NCBI GenBank assembly: GCA_965219345.1 | Contig: OZ244732.1 | Coordinates: forward strand, 1,376,001-1,440,000 | DNA: 64,000 nucleotides | Source: Nitrosopumilus sp. | GTDB taxonomy: Archaea > Thermoproteota > Nitrososphaeria > Nitrososphaerales > Nitrosopumilaceae | Direction of reading: 5' to 3' | In this document: positions 15,718 to 26,136 of the stretch, piece after piece | Layout: every line of letters starts with the position of its first letter | Position numbering within the stretch: position 1 is the first letter of the stretch | The notes under the pieces: model-generated | Told to the model about the DNA's origin: nothing | The model's input: only the letters and a program-made list of their open reading frames with translations | Database searches by the model: none | Program-made: the position numbers and the translations under genes

Positions 15718-16218
15718 CTAATCTTTTGAATAACTAATATTTGATGTATCATCTGGAATTTTGATTTTTACAACAAGCGTATCTCCTAATTTGTTAAACA
15801 CTCTCTGGCGTTTTTCATTAGTTAAAATCCAGCCTAGAACTACGTCTATTGGTAGTAAAAATGCTTTTCCGAAACTACCAATTATGATTCCTTTCAAACT
15901 AGGATTACCTCCATAGGTATTAGTCACCTTCAAATTGAGAATTTTTTTCCCGATTGTTTGGCCTGTTTTATACTCTAAAATTGCCCAATATGCAAAAAAC
16001 AAGATACTTGTTGGAATGTATTGCGTACTTTCTGCCCAAAAAATATCTTCGTCATACTCATAGTCTAATGTTCCAAATGATGCAAAAATTATTGACGTTG
16101 AAATGATTGAAATTATGATAAAATCAATCAACCAAGCCAGGAATCTATCTGTCCATTTTGCAAGAATTATCTTTGATGATATTCCAGAGTCTGAATCACT
16201 CATGAGATTATCACTCAT
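15718..16218 (-). CDS. RDD family membrane protein
   Basis: RFLAWLID, GQTIGK and KRQRVFNKLGDTLVV motifs. Confidence 0.9.
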   Translation of the reverse strand: MSDNLMSDSDSGISSKIILAKWTDRFLAWLIDFIIISIISTSIIFASFGTLDYEYDEDIFWAESTQYIPTSILFFAYWAILEYKTGQTIGKKILNLKVTNTYGGNPSLKGIIIGSFGKAFLLPIDVVLGWILTNEKRQRVFNKLGDTLVVKIKIPDDTSNISYSKD

Positions 16219-16300
16219 TTAGAATTAATAAAATGTGTTATTCATTAGTTAACGCCAATTGCAACATAGTTGCTTTATCTATGTATGAGAATGAACATCT

Positions 16301-16432
16301 ATGAAAGCAAAATTTGCAACATCCTGTGTATCTTGCGGTGATAAGATTCAGCCTGGAAAAGAGATTACTAAAAATAATGATGAATACTGGGTTCATAAGC
16401 ACTGTGCTGAAGATTCAGAAGGATTACCCTAA
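16301..16432 (+). CDS. small zinc-finger protein (43 aa), not in ORF track
   Basis: MKAKFATSCVSCGDKIQPGKEITKNNDEYWVHKHCAEDSEGLP: CxxC...HxxC. Confidence 0.75.
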   Translation: MKAKFATSCVSCGDKIQPGKEITKNNDEYWVHKHCAEDSEGLP

Positions 16433-16461
16433 AAATTATTAGTCTCTTATTTCAAATAAAT

Positions 16462-17307
16462 TTGAAATTATTTTTGGTCTCAATAAATCCACTTGATGTT
16501 TTTCTATGGACTCTTCGTCGAAATGAAAAAGATGTTGTAAATCTTTACAATACCCTATCTCCTGTAATGCAACTTGCAACTGGTGGTTCCATGTTAAATT
16601 TTGGATATTGGAATAATGAAAACTCTGATCCGATCTCTGCGCAAAAAAATTTATGTTCTTATTTTGCAAAAATGGCAGAACTAGAAACTGCTAAAACCAT
16701 TGTTGATGTTGGAAGTGGATTATCTGCACCAGCAGTTTTTTGGAGAAATAATTTTGAAAATCTGTCAATCTATTGTGTAAACATCAATTATTCTCAACTT
16801 CTTTATTCAGGTGCTCAAAAAAATATAGAATTCGTTAACTCATCTTCTACAAAACTACCTTTCTCTAACAATTCTGTTGACCGTGTTTTGGCATTAGAAT
16901 CAGCACAACATTTCAAACCTATTTCGGAATTCATCTCTGAATCAAAAAGAGTATTATCTAATTCTGGATTACTTGTTTTAGCAATTCCTGTTACTCTGAA
17001 TGCCTCTTCGATCTCAAAATTAGGAATTTTAAAATTTACTTGGTCATCAGAACATTATAGTTTAGAACAAATTCGTCAGGTGATAACTTTAGGTGGATTT
17101 ACGATTTCTGATGAAAAATTAATTGGTTCTTTTGTTTATGATCCTTTGGCTGATTACTATCTTCAAAAAAGAAAACAATTGAAAGAATTAATCTTACAAC
17201 AATATCCTCAATATGTTGAAACACTTCTTTTCAAATCTATTCAAAAAATGAAAAAAGCATCAAAAGAGAAAATAATTGATTATGTGTTATTAAAATGTCA
17301 TTTGTAG
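16462..17307 (+). CDS. class I SAM-dependent methyltransferase
   Basis: LNFGYW, VDVGSG and ALESAQHF motifs, as in tocopherol/sterol-type methyltransferases. Confidence 0.85.
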   Translation: MKLFLVSINPLDVFLWTLRRNEKDVVNLYNTLSPVMQLATGGSMLNFGYWNNENSDPISAQKNLCSYFAKMAELETAKTIVDVGSGLSAPAVFWRNNFENLSIYCVNINYSQLLYSGAQKNIEFVNSSSTKLPFSNNSVDRVLALESAQHFKPISEFISESKRVLSNSGLLVLAIPVTLNASSISKLGILKFTWSSEHYSLEQIRQVITLGGFTISDEKLIGSFVYDPLADYYLQKRKQLKELILQQYPQYVETLLFKSIQKMKKASKEKIIDYVLLKCHL

Positions 17308-17351
17308 TGAAATTCTATGCGTTCATAGGCTAGGTTTTTATTTTTGGTATC

Positions 17352-17750
17352 TTGACTAAATTTATCATGTCAGATCCAGATATCGCTCTAAAATTGTATG
17401 TTGAAAAATGTAATCACTTACTTGAAGAATCTGAAATCAGATTTGCTGGAATTGTTGACAAGGATGGTAAACTCATAGCAGGAGGCTTTAAAGATGGAAT
17501 TACTCCTCATGAAAATGATCAGACTAAATTACAGTTATTTTTTGAATTTGTTTCAAAAGCATCTATTCGAAAAGAATTTGATGAGAGTTTAGGCCCAATT
17601 AATTATATTGCCGCCAGACGAGACAAGGCTGTTTTAGTAAGTTTCCCATTTCCTATCACGCAAATCCTATTACTGATATCTGCAGAACCTACTGTTAACA
17701 TTGAAATCTTGGCTAAGAAAGTTATTGAAATATTTACCGATGTCAATTAA
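17352..17750 (+). CDS. thaumarchaeal roadblock/profilin-like protein (DUF6659-like)
   Basis: IRFAGIVD..G.LIAGGF...FDESLG...RDKAVLVSFP pattern; paralog of 21756-22148. Confidence 0.7.
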   Translation: MTKFIMSDPDIALKLYVEKCNHLLEESEIRFAGIVDKDGKLIAGGFKDGITPHENDQTKLQLFFEFVSKASIRKEFDESLGPINYIAARRDKAVLVSFPFPITQILLLISAEPTVNIEILAKKVIEIFTDVN

Positions 17751-17801
17751 AACTAATTTTTACAAATAGTTTTAATCTGATATCCATTCACATTAATTGA
17801 A

Positions 17802-18257
17802 TTGAAAGCAACATTTGGTGCAGGATGTTTTTGGCATGTTGAAGATTTACTTAGTAAAACCAAAGGTATCAAATCTACTCAAGTAGGATACATTGGTGGA
17901 AACCTGCCAAATCCTACTTATGAAGAGGTATGCACAGACAAAACAGGACATGCTGAAGCTGTACAGGTAGAATATGATCCTAATGAAATATCTTATGAAG
18001 ATCTTTTAGATGTATTTTGGAATAATCACAATCCAACAACGTTGAATCGTCAGGGACCTGATGTGGGAATTCAATATCGTTCGGCAATTTTTTACCACAA
18101 TGACGAACAAAAAGAAATTGCAGAAAAATCAAAGCAAATACTTGACAAATCTGGGCAATATGAAAATCCTGTAGTCACTGAAATTGTCCCTACCCCCATA
18201 TTTTACAAAGCAGAAGACTATCATCAAAAATATTTCAAAAAACACGGACTTTCATAA
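17802..18257 (+). CDS. msrA: peptide-methionine (S)-S-oxide reductase
   Basis: GAGCFW active site; TGHAE; RQGPDVGIQYRS; AEDYHQKY. Confidence 0.97.
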   Translation: MKATFGAGCFWHVEDLLSKTKGIKSTQVGYIGGNLPNPTYEEVCTDKTGHAEAVQVEYDPNEISYEDLLDVFWNNHNPTTLNRQGPDVGIQYRSAIFYHNDEQKEIAEKSKQILDKSGQYENPVVTEIVPTPIFYKAEDYHQKYFKKHGLS

Positions 18258-18331
18258 ATATCATTTTAAACATTTGGTGATCTCAAAAAATCATATGTGC
18301 CTTTGATCGCTAATTTACTAAAACTTATCTA

Positions 18332-19147
18332 GTGATAAGAATTGACGATAAAACGGTGGAAGAAAAATTCCTTCATATTGATGGAAACAAGATCCGTTAT
18401 TTAGAATCTGGCGATTCTAAAAAAACGCTTGTACTTATTCATGGATTGGGGGCATCAGCTGAAAGATGGGATCAGGTAATTCCTCTTTTTTCAGATAAAT
18501 TTCGTGTTGTTGTTCCTGATCTTATAGGATTTGGTTATAGCGATAAACCTCTTGTAGATTACACTACAGAATTCTTTTCAGAGTTTCTAGAAAAATTTTT
18601 TATTGCTTCTGGAATTAAACGACCTAATCTTATTGGCTCTTCGTTAGGAGGACAAATTGTTGCTGAATATGCTACTTCTCACCATCAAGAAATTGAAAAA
18701 CTCATCTTGGTATCTCCTTCTGGAACTATGAAAAAATCCACCCCTGCCCTTGATGCATATATCATGGCCGCATTATATCCAAATGAAAAAAGTGCTAAAA
18801 ATGCATTTGAACTGATGGAAGGTTCTGGACATAATGTTCATGAAAAAATTGTTAATGGGTTCATAGAAAGAATGCGATTACCTAATGCAAAACTTGCTTT
18901 CATGTCTACATTATTAGGAATCAAAAATTCAGAGTTAGTTGTATCAAAACTTCAAACAATCTCTACTCCTACTATGATAATTTGGGGTTCTAATGATCTG
19001 GTTATTCCAATTAATTATGCCGATAGTTTTGTTTCGACAATTCAGGATTGTAGATTTTTTAGAATGGATGGATGCGGTCACACTCCCTATGTTCAGGATC
19101 CACATATTTTTGCCTCTAAAGTATTAGAGTTTTTGAATGGCCCCTAG
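18332..19147 (+). CDS. alpha/beta hydrolase
   Basis: HGLG oxyanion motif, GSSLGG nucleophile, Asp and GH triad residues. Confidence 0.9.
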   Translation: MIRIDDKTVEEKFLHIDGNKIRYLESGDSKKTLVLIHGLGASAERWDQVIPLFSDKFRVVVPDLIGFGYSDKPLVDYTTEFFSEFLEKFFIASGIKRPNLIGSSLGGQIVAEYATSHHQEIEKLILVSPSGTMKKSTPALDAYIMAALYPNEKSAKNAFELMEGSGHNVHEKIVNGFIERMRLPNAKLAFMSTLLGIKNSELVVSKLQTISTPTMIIWGSNDLVIPINYADSFVSTIQDCRFFRMDGCGHTPYVQDPHIFASKVLEFLNGP

Positions 19148-19183
19148 ATGCATTTAAATACCCCTTAATTCCATCTATTACCA

Positions 19184-19609
19184 ATGAATGGTAATAGTAA
19201 CCAATATGACCCAACCAAAATGTTCCAAGAATGGATCCAAAAAGGTGGACGTGCTCAAGCAGAATTTATGAAAAATTTTGGCTCTTTGATGACAAATCAA
19301 ACCAGTCAAACGTTCAATCCATTGGAAGCACTAAGAGGTGTTTCTGATAGTGCTAGACAAGCTCAATCTAATGTGATGCAAAACATGTCATCAATGCAAA
19401 GTAAAAGTATGGATACAATGTTTAACATCGGACAAATGCTCCCTTCTTTCATGAATTGGGGTGCTTACAAAACTACTATTAGTAGTAATGGAAGAATTTC
19501 AATCCCTGAAGCTGAACGTAATGCACTTGGTTTAGGAGATGGTGACTTGATTCAAGTCATTATATTACCAATTGCAAAAAATTCAAAAAATAAGGAGGTG
19601 AAACAATGA
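19184..19609 (+). CDS. AbrB/MazE-domain regulator, putative PhaR
   Basis: C-terminal GRISIPEAERNALGLGDGDLIQV AbrB motif; located in the PHA cluster. Confidence 0.75.
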   Translation: MNGNSNQYDPTKMFQEWIQKGGRAQAEFMKNFGSLMTNQTSQTFNPLEALRGVSDSARQAQSNVMQNMSSMQSKSMDTMFNIGQMLPSFMNWGAYKTTISSNGRISIPEAERNALGLGDGDLIQVIILPIAKNSKNKEVKQ

Positions 19610-20031
19610 GTAACGAAACAACAACAAAGAATTCTAAAGATGTATTTTCTGTATATCAGACAAACGTAGACAAACTCTTCAATGGTATTAAACAATCAGT
19701 ACCACAGTATCATCAATCAATCACTAATGTACAACAGGAATACCTACAAGCATATGAAAACATAGTAGATTCAACTATCACACTACAAAAAGAATATGCA
19801 AAGAAAGCAGGTATTGCAACTAACATCCCTGAAGCAACACTAAAAGTAATTCGTGATACAACTGAAGAATTTGTAAAGGCAGCTTCAATTCAAAATCAAG
19901 TAGCACTTGCAACTATCGATGCAACACAACAAAATATCAAAACATTCAACGATAATGCAAAGTCATTTGCTGACCTAAACAGAAACATTCTACAATCTTG
20001 GATTTCTGCATTCACCACAAAGAATAACTAG
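19606..20031 (+). CDS. putative phasin (PhaP-like)
   Basis: All-helical amphipathic Q/N/T/A-rich protein, overlaps the AbrB gene by 4 nt, convergent with phaEC. Confidence 0.55.
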   Translation: MSNETTTKNSKDVFSVYQTNVDKLFNGIKQSVPQYHQSITNVQQEYLQAYENIVDSTITLQKEYAKKAGIATNIPEATLKVIRDTTEEFVKAASIQNQVALATIDATQQNIKTFNDNAKSFADLNRNILQSWISAFTTKNN

Positions 20032-20037
20032 TGGTAA

Positions 20038-20062
20038 ATTTTTTTCTTTTTTCTTTTTTTAA
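20038..20062 (+). terminator. oligo-T terminator
   Basis: Long T tracts right after the stop codon, between convergent genes. Confidence 0.55.
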
Positions 20063-20069
20063 ATTTATT

Positions 20070-21134
20070 TTATGACCTTTCAGCCAACCATTGCCCCAAT
20101 TCAGGTAACACCTTCTTTTGTGATAATGAACTTGCAATCATTCCAACATGCCCTGTTGGATACATTCTCAATGTTTTATCTTCAGTGCCTACTGCATAAT
20201 GAAGTGGCATACTACATTCAGGCGATACCAAGTGATCTCCTACTGCTACCTGTGTGAAAATCGGCATATCGATTTTTTTCAAATCTATGTGTTTTCCACC
20301 CACGTACATCTTATTTTGAATGAGCAAATTATCTTGGTAGATATCTTTAATCCATTGTCTAAATAATGCTCCAGGAATGGGAGGTGTATCTCCTAACCAT
20401 TTTTCTACTCTGAGGAAATTATCGACGTATTTTTTATTGTCAACGTTTTTGAAAAATTTGACATATTTTTCAATTCCTTGTTCAAATGGTTTGAGGACTG
20501 AAAAACAGTAATACATGAATTCAGGAGGCATATTTCCTATGGTTTCCACCATTTTGTCTACATCCATATGTTTTGCAAGATTACTAATCACTGTAGTGTC
20601 TCGCCATCCATCAATAACTGGGGCCGTTGCGATATAGTTTTTTACACTTTCTGGATGCAATGTGATGTATGCTGTTGCTATTGTTCCACCAGTACAATAC
20701 CCTTGTAATGAAATTTTTTCAACAGATGATTCGTTTTTAATATATTCGACATTTGAGTCTAAATACCCATTTACATAATCATCGAAATCAAGATATTTAT
20801 CCATACTAGTTGGGGTTCCCCAGTCCAGCATGTATACATCGAATCCTTGTTGAAGAAGATTTTTAACCCAACTTTTTTCTGGATGGATATCCAGTATATG
20901 ATATCTGTTAATTAGTGCATACGAAATTAACAATGGTGTTTTATGTTGTTTATCTGTAAGGGGTTTGTAGTGTAATAGTCTTGTTTTATCTAATTCTTGC
21001 ACAATGTCATGCGATGTTACTTCTAAACTAATTTCATCAGGTGCTGGAACTAAACTTGGAGCATCGATAACATTTTTACTGAATTTTAAAATCTCTTCAA
21101 TTATTTTTGGATCTACACTTGATTCACTTTGCAT
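20070..21134 (-). CDS. phaC: class III PHA synthase subunit PhaC
   Basis: YALINRYHILD, LDWG, lipase box GYCTGG, DHLV, GHVG. Confidence 0.93.
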   Translation of the reverse strand: MQSESSVDPKIIEEILKFSKNVIDAPSLVPAPDEISLEVTSHDIVQELDKTRLLHYKPLTDKQHKTPLLISYALINRYHILDIHPEKSWVKNLLQQGFDVYMLDWGTPTSMDKYLDFDDYVNGYLDSNVEYIKNESSVEKISLQGYCTGGTIATAYITLHPESVKNYIATAPVIDGWRDTTVISNLAKHMDVDKMVETIGNMPPEFMYYCFSVLKPFEQGIEKYVKFFKNVDNKKYVDNFLRVEKWLGDTPPIPGALFRQWIKDIYQDNLLIQNKMYVGGKHIDLKKIDMPIFTQVAVGDHLVSPECSMPLHYAVGTEDKTLRMYPTGHVGMIASSLSQKKVLPELGQWLAERS

Positions 21135-21702
21135 TTTTTTTCGTTTCCTTCTTCTTTAATTCTAACTCTAGTTTTCCAACTCTTTTTTTAAGAGAATGGA
21201 TTTCTTTGTAAACTTCATCGATCTCTTCTTTGCTTGGAAGGTTAACTGACTGTAAAATTACGTTAGTAATATTATTCCAATGTTTGGTTAATTCAAGCTC
21301 TTTTGAAACCAGTTTTCCATAATTGTCTCCAAATTTCCCAGAGTCAAATAATTCGGTAAAATCATTATCAAAAATATCTATCCAAATTCTCTTCAATGCT
21401 TCTATTTGTTCAACATCTTGAGGAACCTCGGGAGCCTTTAGATTAACTTTCTTTTGAGCAGTGGACCATGTATCTGAAAGCTGTTTGTAATATTCCGTAA
21501 TATACTGATTAAATTCTAATAAAATCTCATTAATGTCAATTAATTCAGTAGTGATTTTCTTTGAATTTGCTGCAAATGCTCTCATTGGACCAATTGATGT
21601 CAGTGCTTGTGGTTTGCTTGACATCAAATGTATGATATCTGTCCAGAAAAGCGACAAATGTTTGTAATAATCGGTAATATCTTTAGGAGATTCTGGTTTC
21701 AC
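21124..21702 (-). CDS. phaE: class III PHA synthase subunit PhaE
   Basis: C-terminal LPSKEEIDEVYKEIHSLKKRV PhaE box; directly upstream of phaC. Confidence 0.88.
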   Translation of the reverse strand: MKPESPKDITDYYKHLSLFWTDIIHLMSSKPQALTSIGPMRAFAANSKKITTELIDINEILLEFNQYITEYYKQLSDTWSTAQKKVNLKAPEVPQDVEQIEALKRIWIDIFDNDFTELFDSGKFGDNYGKLVSKELELTKHWNNITNVILQSVNLPSKEEIDEVYKEIHSLKKRVGKLELELKKKETKKNAK

Positions 21703-21755
21703 AGATATCTGTTGATACAGATCGCAATAAATAGATCTATTATCTCATTAGACCC

Positions 21756-22148
21756 GTGGACAATGTCGAAGAACTAGAAAAAATCTGTCAGGAAATCATC
21801 AAATTGAATTCTAAAATGCGTTCGGCTAGGTTCATCAACAGTAGAGGCCATCAAGTAGCTGGTGGGATGAAAGATGGATTACTCTCACTTGAAGCTCAAA
21901 AGCAAGATGAAATGATGTTCATGGAACTTTCTTTGCGTGTGAGAATGAGACATGAATTTGATAAAGAATTTGGTAAAGTTCACTTTTCTATGTCATATCG
22001 AGATAAGGTGATTATAATGAGTTTTCCGTTAACCAATGATGACGTATTGTTGATATCATGTGAAAAAGATATTGAATTTGGAAAAATTTCTTTCATAATT
22101 CTCAAAATAATTGAACCTCTTAAAAAAACACCAGTGAAGACATTCTAA
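21756..22148 (+). CDS. thaumarchaeal roadblock/profilin-like protein (DUF6659-like)
   Basis: Paralog of 17352-17750. Confidence 0.7.
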   Translation: MDNVEELEKICQEIIKLNSKMRSARFINSRGHQVAGGMKDGLLSLEAQKQDEMMFMELSLRVRMRHEFDKEFGKVHFSMSYRDKVIIMSFPLTNDDVLLISCEKDIEFGKISFIILKIIEPLKKTPVKTF

Positions 22149-23056
22149 TTATTTAACATTTTTCTCAATCCTGCACATCTGTTTCTTATAGTTACTTCAG
22201 TGACTCCAGATGCAATTGAAATATCTTTTTGTGATTTTGTTTCTCCTGTAGTAATACATGCAAGATAAAGTGCAGCAGCTGCTATTCCCATTGGGTCCTT
22301 TCCTGCAGTTATGTGTTCTTTCTTGGCTTCATTTAAAATTGAAATTGCTTTTCTCTTAGTTTTTTCACTAAGTTCTGCAATACTAGAAATCCTTGAAACT
22401 CCTTTTACAGGATCAACAACTGGCATTTTTAACTCTAATTCTCTGTAAATTAATCTGTAACATCTGGCAACATCTTTTCTTCTAATATTAATTCCTTTAG
22501 CAATGTCATCTAAAGTTCTGGGAGTCTCTGTATTTCTACATGATGCATAAAGACATGCTGCAACTAATCCATGGATTGAACGACCCCTAACTAATTTTTT
22601 TTCCATTGCCTTTCTGTAAATATAAGCAGCTTTTTCTATTACTGCATTTGTTAATGCAAGTTTGTCTTTTAGTTTATCCATTTCATTAAGAGCTTGTCTG
22701 AGATTTCTGTCTGCAGAAGAATGTGCTTGTGATCTACTATCCCATGTTCTTAATCTTTCAATAGAACTTTTCATAGAAGAAGTAAGTGGTTTTCCTGTTG
22801 CATCTTTGTTGACTGCCCCAATTACAGTTGATAAACCCATATCATGCATTGTTAGTGAAGTTCCTGCCCCTACTCTGGTTCGATTACTCTCGTCATTTGC
22901 AAAAGATCGATATTCCGCACCAGTGTCTGCAATTTTATCTGTCATTACAAGTCCACATTTTTCACAAAATAATTCTCCCGTATTTTGATCTGTAATTAAT
23001 TTTTTACAACCGCAAGATGGACATTTAGAACCGGTGATGATTGTGTTTTTTAACAT
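22145..23056 (-). CDS. tfb: transcription initiation factor IIB
   Basis: Zn ribbon CPSC..CEKCG, HDMGLST, two cyclin repeats, GVTEVTIRNR. Confidence 0.96.
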   Translation of the reverse strand: MLKNTIITGSKCPSCGCKKLITDQNTGELFCEKCGLVMTDKIADTGAEYRSFANDESNRTRVGAGTSLTMHDMGLSTVIGAVNKDATGKPLTSSMKSSIERLRTWDSRSQAHSSADRNLRQALNEMDKLKDKLALTNAVIEKAAYIYRKAMEKKLVRGRSIHGLVAACLYASCRNTETPRTLDDIAKGINIRRKDVARCYRLIYRELELKMPVVDPVKGVSRISSIAELSEKTKRKAISILNEAKKEHITAGKDPMGIAAAALYLACITTGETKSQKDISIASGVTEVTIRNRCAGLRKMLNN

Positions 23057-23177
23057 AGTTACTAGAAATGACTACATTTTACTATTATCAGTTCTACGTG
23101 ATTTCTGCAGGTTAATTGTGTGTAGGTTAAGCTAATTCTATTCTTGTTTTTTAGAACATGACCAAGTTTTTTCAAAT

Positions 23178-24614
23178 TTAATTTAGGATGCAATATGCAT
23201 ACGATGGAGTATATGATGTATACATGATGCTGTTTCGGTCTGCTACATGTTGCAAACCAATAGAATGACCTAATTCATGTGTCATGATTGTTTCAACACT
23301 TTTAATATCATATAATTGAAAACTTCCATCACAATTGAAGTCTCCTAATGTTACCTCTACAACTCCTTTTCCAAGATGTGCATGTCCGAGAACTCCTTCT
23401 CCAATATTTCGGACTATCCAAGTTACCCAAACATTTGCTTCATTTCTCAAATTTGTAATTTCAAATTTTATTTCAGCTTTTTGATTATCAGTATCAAATT
23501 CTTGTTCTTCCCAAAACAAAAAAGATTTTTCTAATGTACTCACATGATCTAATGGCAATCCTGGTGGTTGTTCATTGATGAATACTTTATAGTGAATAAT
23601 TACTACCTCATCAATTGTTTCATATGTTGGATTGGGAAATATTTCAGATGCCTTTTTGACCTCCTCTTCAAAATTCCATTTTACGTAATCTCTAAGAAAT
23701 TTTTTTATCACGTCTTGACTCGGGTTTGGATATTCGATAAATCGCGTCTCTTTAAAAATATTTTTTGAAATATCTCTAAGATATCTTCCAAACAAATACA
23801 ACTCACGATCTAATTCTTCCGATGATTGAGATGTTTCTTGAACATTTACGGTAATTAATCCATATTCTATCATATGTTGAATGCCTGTAACAAAAGCATT
23901 ATTGTCACTTCTATCATAAGCCCACTCCCTAGCATTATTTTTTACCCATTCTGGAATTTTATCTTCAGGAATACTCTGTATTTCTACTGGTGGAATTTGT
24001 ATTGTTTTATTTTCTATCAGATACAACAAAGCTGACATAAATTCTGAATCATTGATATCCCCTTCTGACCACCATTTCGCTATTGGTTTTACCCATTCTG
24101 GTATTGTTGTGACATAGACTTTTTCTAACCCTTTTGGTTTTTCAGTTGCTATATATGGATATTTTGTAATTACTTTTTCGATAAATTCTTTATAGTTTTT
24201 AATCACAATACTATCTGGGTCTTCTTTTAATGCTTTATCAAAGTACGTTATAGATTCTTGATATTCTCCTAGATATCCAAACCCGACTCCCATACCCGTC
24301 AATGAAATAACATCGTTTGGTCTAGTTTGCAAAACTTTGAAAAATTGCTTTAAAGATTTGTCATGTTGCTCAAGATTACTTTGTGCTATCCCTTTCATTT
24401 TTAGTGTTGAAATATTATTTGGCGAAATCTCTAAGATATCATCAAAAATTTTTATGGCTTGTTTGTATTCTCCATTGACAAAATGTTCTTTAGCTAGACT
24501 AAACATTAATTCTGGATCTTTTTCTGTTTGTGCAAACACAGTTCCTGTAAGAATGGAAGAACTTAACAAAATCAAGACTAAGAAATAAGGAATTATTATT
24601 GCATCTTTTTTCAT
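23178..24614 (-). CDS. secreted TPR protein with IPEWVK repeats and matrixin-like metallopeptidase domain
   Basis: Signal peptide; TPRs; two IPEWVK..A.WW repeats; HELGHSIGLQH plus Met-turn SIMY. Confidence 0.85.
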   Translation of the reverse strand: MKKDAIIIPYFLVLILLSSSILTGTVFAQTEKDPELMFSLAKEHFVNGEYKQAIKIFDDILEISPNNISTLKMKGIAQSNLEQHDKSLKQFFKVLQTRPNDVISLTGMGVGFGYLGEYQESITYFDKALKEDPDSIVIKNYKEFIEKVITKYPYIATEKPKGLEKVYVTTIPEWVKPIAKWWSEGDINDSEFMSALLYLIENKTIQIPPVEIQSIPEDKIPEWVKNNAREWAYDRSDNNAFVTGIQHMIEYGLITVNVQETSQSSEELDRELYLFGRYLRDISKNIFKETRFIEYPNPSQDVIKKFLRDYVKWNFEEEVKKASEIFPNPTYETIDEVVIIHYKVFINEQPPGLPLDHVSTLEKSFLFWEEQEFDTDNQKAEIKFEITNLRNEANVWVTWIVRNIGEGVLGHAHLGKGVVEVTLGDFNCDGSFQLYDIKSVETIMTHELGHSIGLQHVADRNSIMYTSYTPSYAYCILN

Positions 24615-24740
24615 GTTTGTGATTTTCGATGTGGTTATTTCTATTTTATACTAAATTTAGGCTTAGATTTGCTTTTATTACATAAACAATATGACTATGT
24701 CAAAAAATCTTTAATTTATTAATAATAACGTGTTTTTGTA

Positions 24741-25091
24741 TTGACAAAAATTGATACTGGAGGAGCAATCCATGACTTGCGCAAAAAAATTCAACAGATT
24801 CAAGCAGATTTGAATCAATTAGGAGATCCTGTATCTGAAATGCCTGAATTGATTACTTCAGCAAACCTATTACGCTCAAATGAGTATCTATCAAAGGCAA
24901 ATGAAAAGAAAACTGAACTGTTATCTGCCTTCGAACAATATTCTACGGCTCTAGAAGAATTACTCTCGTCCGTTTTTGACATACAACACGATCTAAAAGA
25001 GATTCTCACAGCTCAATCCTCTATGATTTTTTCTCATCAAAAAAAAAAACAATCAAAATCAAAAGTTAAATCAAGAATTACTAAAAAATAG
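24741..25091 (+). CDS. coiled-coil hypothetical protein
   Basis: 116-aa helical ORF. Confidence 0.65.
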   Translation: MTKIDTGGAIHDLRKKIQQIQADLNQLGDPVSEMPELITSANLLRSNEYLSKANEKKTELLSAFEQYSTALEELLSSVFDIQHDLKEILTAQSSMIFSHQKKKQSKSKVKSRITKK

Positions 25092-25092
25092 T

Positions 25093-26100
25093 CTACTTTG
25101 ATAAATGAATAATATCGCCTGCGATAATTCTATTAACTCTGTTGTTATCTGATACTACCAATGCCCCATCTTCGTCAATTTTGATTGCTTTTCCTTTTAT
25201 TTTTCCATCTCTAGTGTTTAACTCTACATTCTTCCCAATTGTTGATGATCTTTTTGTCCATTCTGAAATGATTTTTTTTGTTTGTTTTGTATTTAGTAAC
25301 TCATAAATTTTTTCCAATTCTACCAAAAATGTTTGAACTAACTGAATTGGTTTAACTTTCTTTTTATGTTCACTAAGAGATACCACTCCATAAAAATTTG
25401 ATGAACCCTTGAGTGTTTTCTCAATATGTTTTACATCAATGTCAAAATTTATTCCAACCCCTAAGACCATATTTTCAATTCTGTTTGATTCTAACGATGC
25501 ATCGACAAGAATTCCTGCTACTTTTTTACCTTTAATAGTCAAGTCATTTGGCCATTTCAATTCTGGAAAAATCTTTAACATTTTTTCTAATGCATTTGAT
25601 AATGCTAGTGCTGATGCAATTGGAAATAAAGTTGTAATAGAAATATCAAATTTTGGTTGCAAAATTATTGAAAGCCATATGCCTCCTTTAGGCGAAATCC
25701 ATTTTCTTCCATCTCTTCCTTTTCCTCCTGTCTGTTTTGCTGCAATTATCACAGTACCATTATTTACAGGATCATCTGCCATTTTTAATGCCTGATTTTG
25801 GGTAGAATCAGTTGAATCAAAATAATATGCTTGTTGTCCAATTACCTCTGTTTTAAGCCCTGAAGTAATCTCCCATGGAAAGAGCTCGTCTGAATTTGAT
25901 GTTAACTTGTACCCTAGTTTCTGTTTTGACTCAATAGTATATCCTAACTCTTGAATTTTTTTGATATGTTTCCATACTGCAACTCTGCTTATCTTTAAAA
26001 CATCACTCAAATCTTGACCAGATAGGTATTCTGTATTATGAGTTTGCAAAAATGTTAGGACTTTTACAAATCCTGGATTATCAAATGAATTGTATATCAA
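25093..26100 (-). CDS. birA: bifunctional biotin--acetyl-CoA-carboxylase ligase/repressor
   Basis: N-terminal HTH (SRVAVWKHI), QTGGKGRDGRKW, KWPND, KVAGIL. Confidence 0.95.
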   Translation of the reverse strand: MIYNSFDNPGFVKVLTFLQTHNTEYLSGQDLSDVLKISRVAVWKHIKKIQELGYTIESKQKLGYKLTSNSDELFPWEITSGLKTEVIGQQAYYFDSTDSTQNQALKMADDPVNNGTVIIAAKQTGGKGRDGRKWISPKGGIWLSIILQPKFDISITTLFPIASALALSNALEKMLKIFPELKWPNDLTIKGKKVAGILVDASLESNRIENMVLGVGINFDIDVKHIEKTLKGSSNFYGVVSLSEHKKKVKPIQLVQTFLVELEKIYELLNTKQTKKIISEWTKRSSTIGKNVELNTRDGKIKGKAIKIDEDGALVVSDNNRVNRIIAGDIIHLSK

Positions 26101-26136
26101 CTATGGTTTGTTTTTACTTCAAGTATAAAACACACA

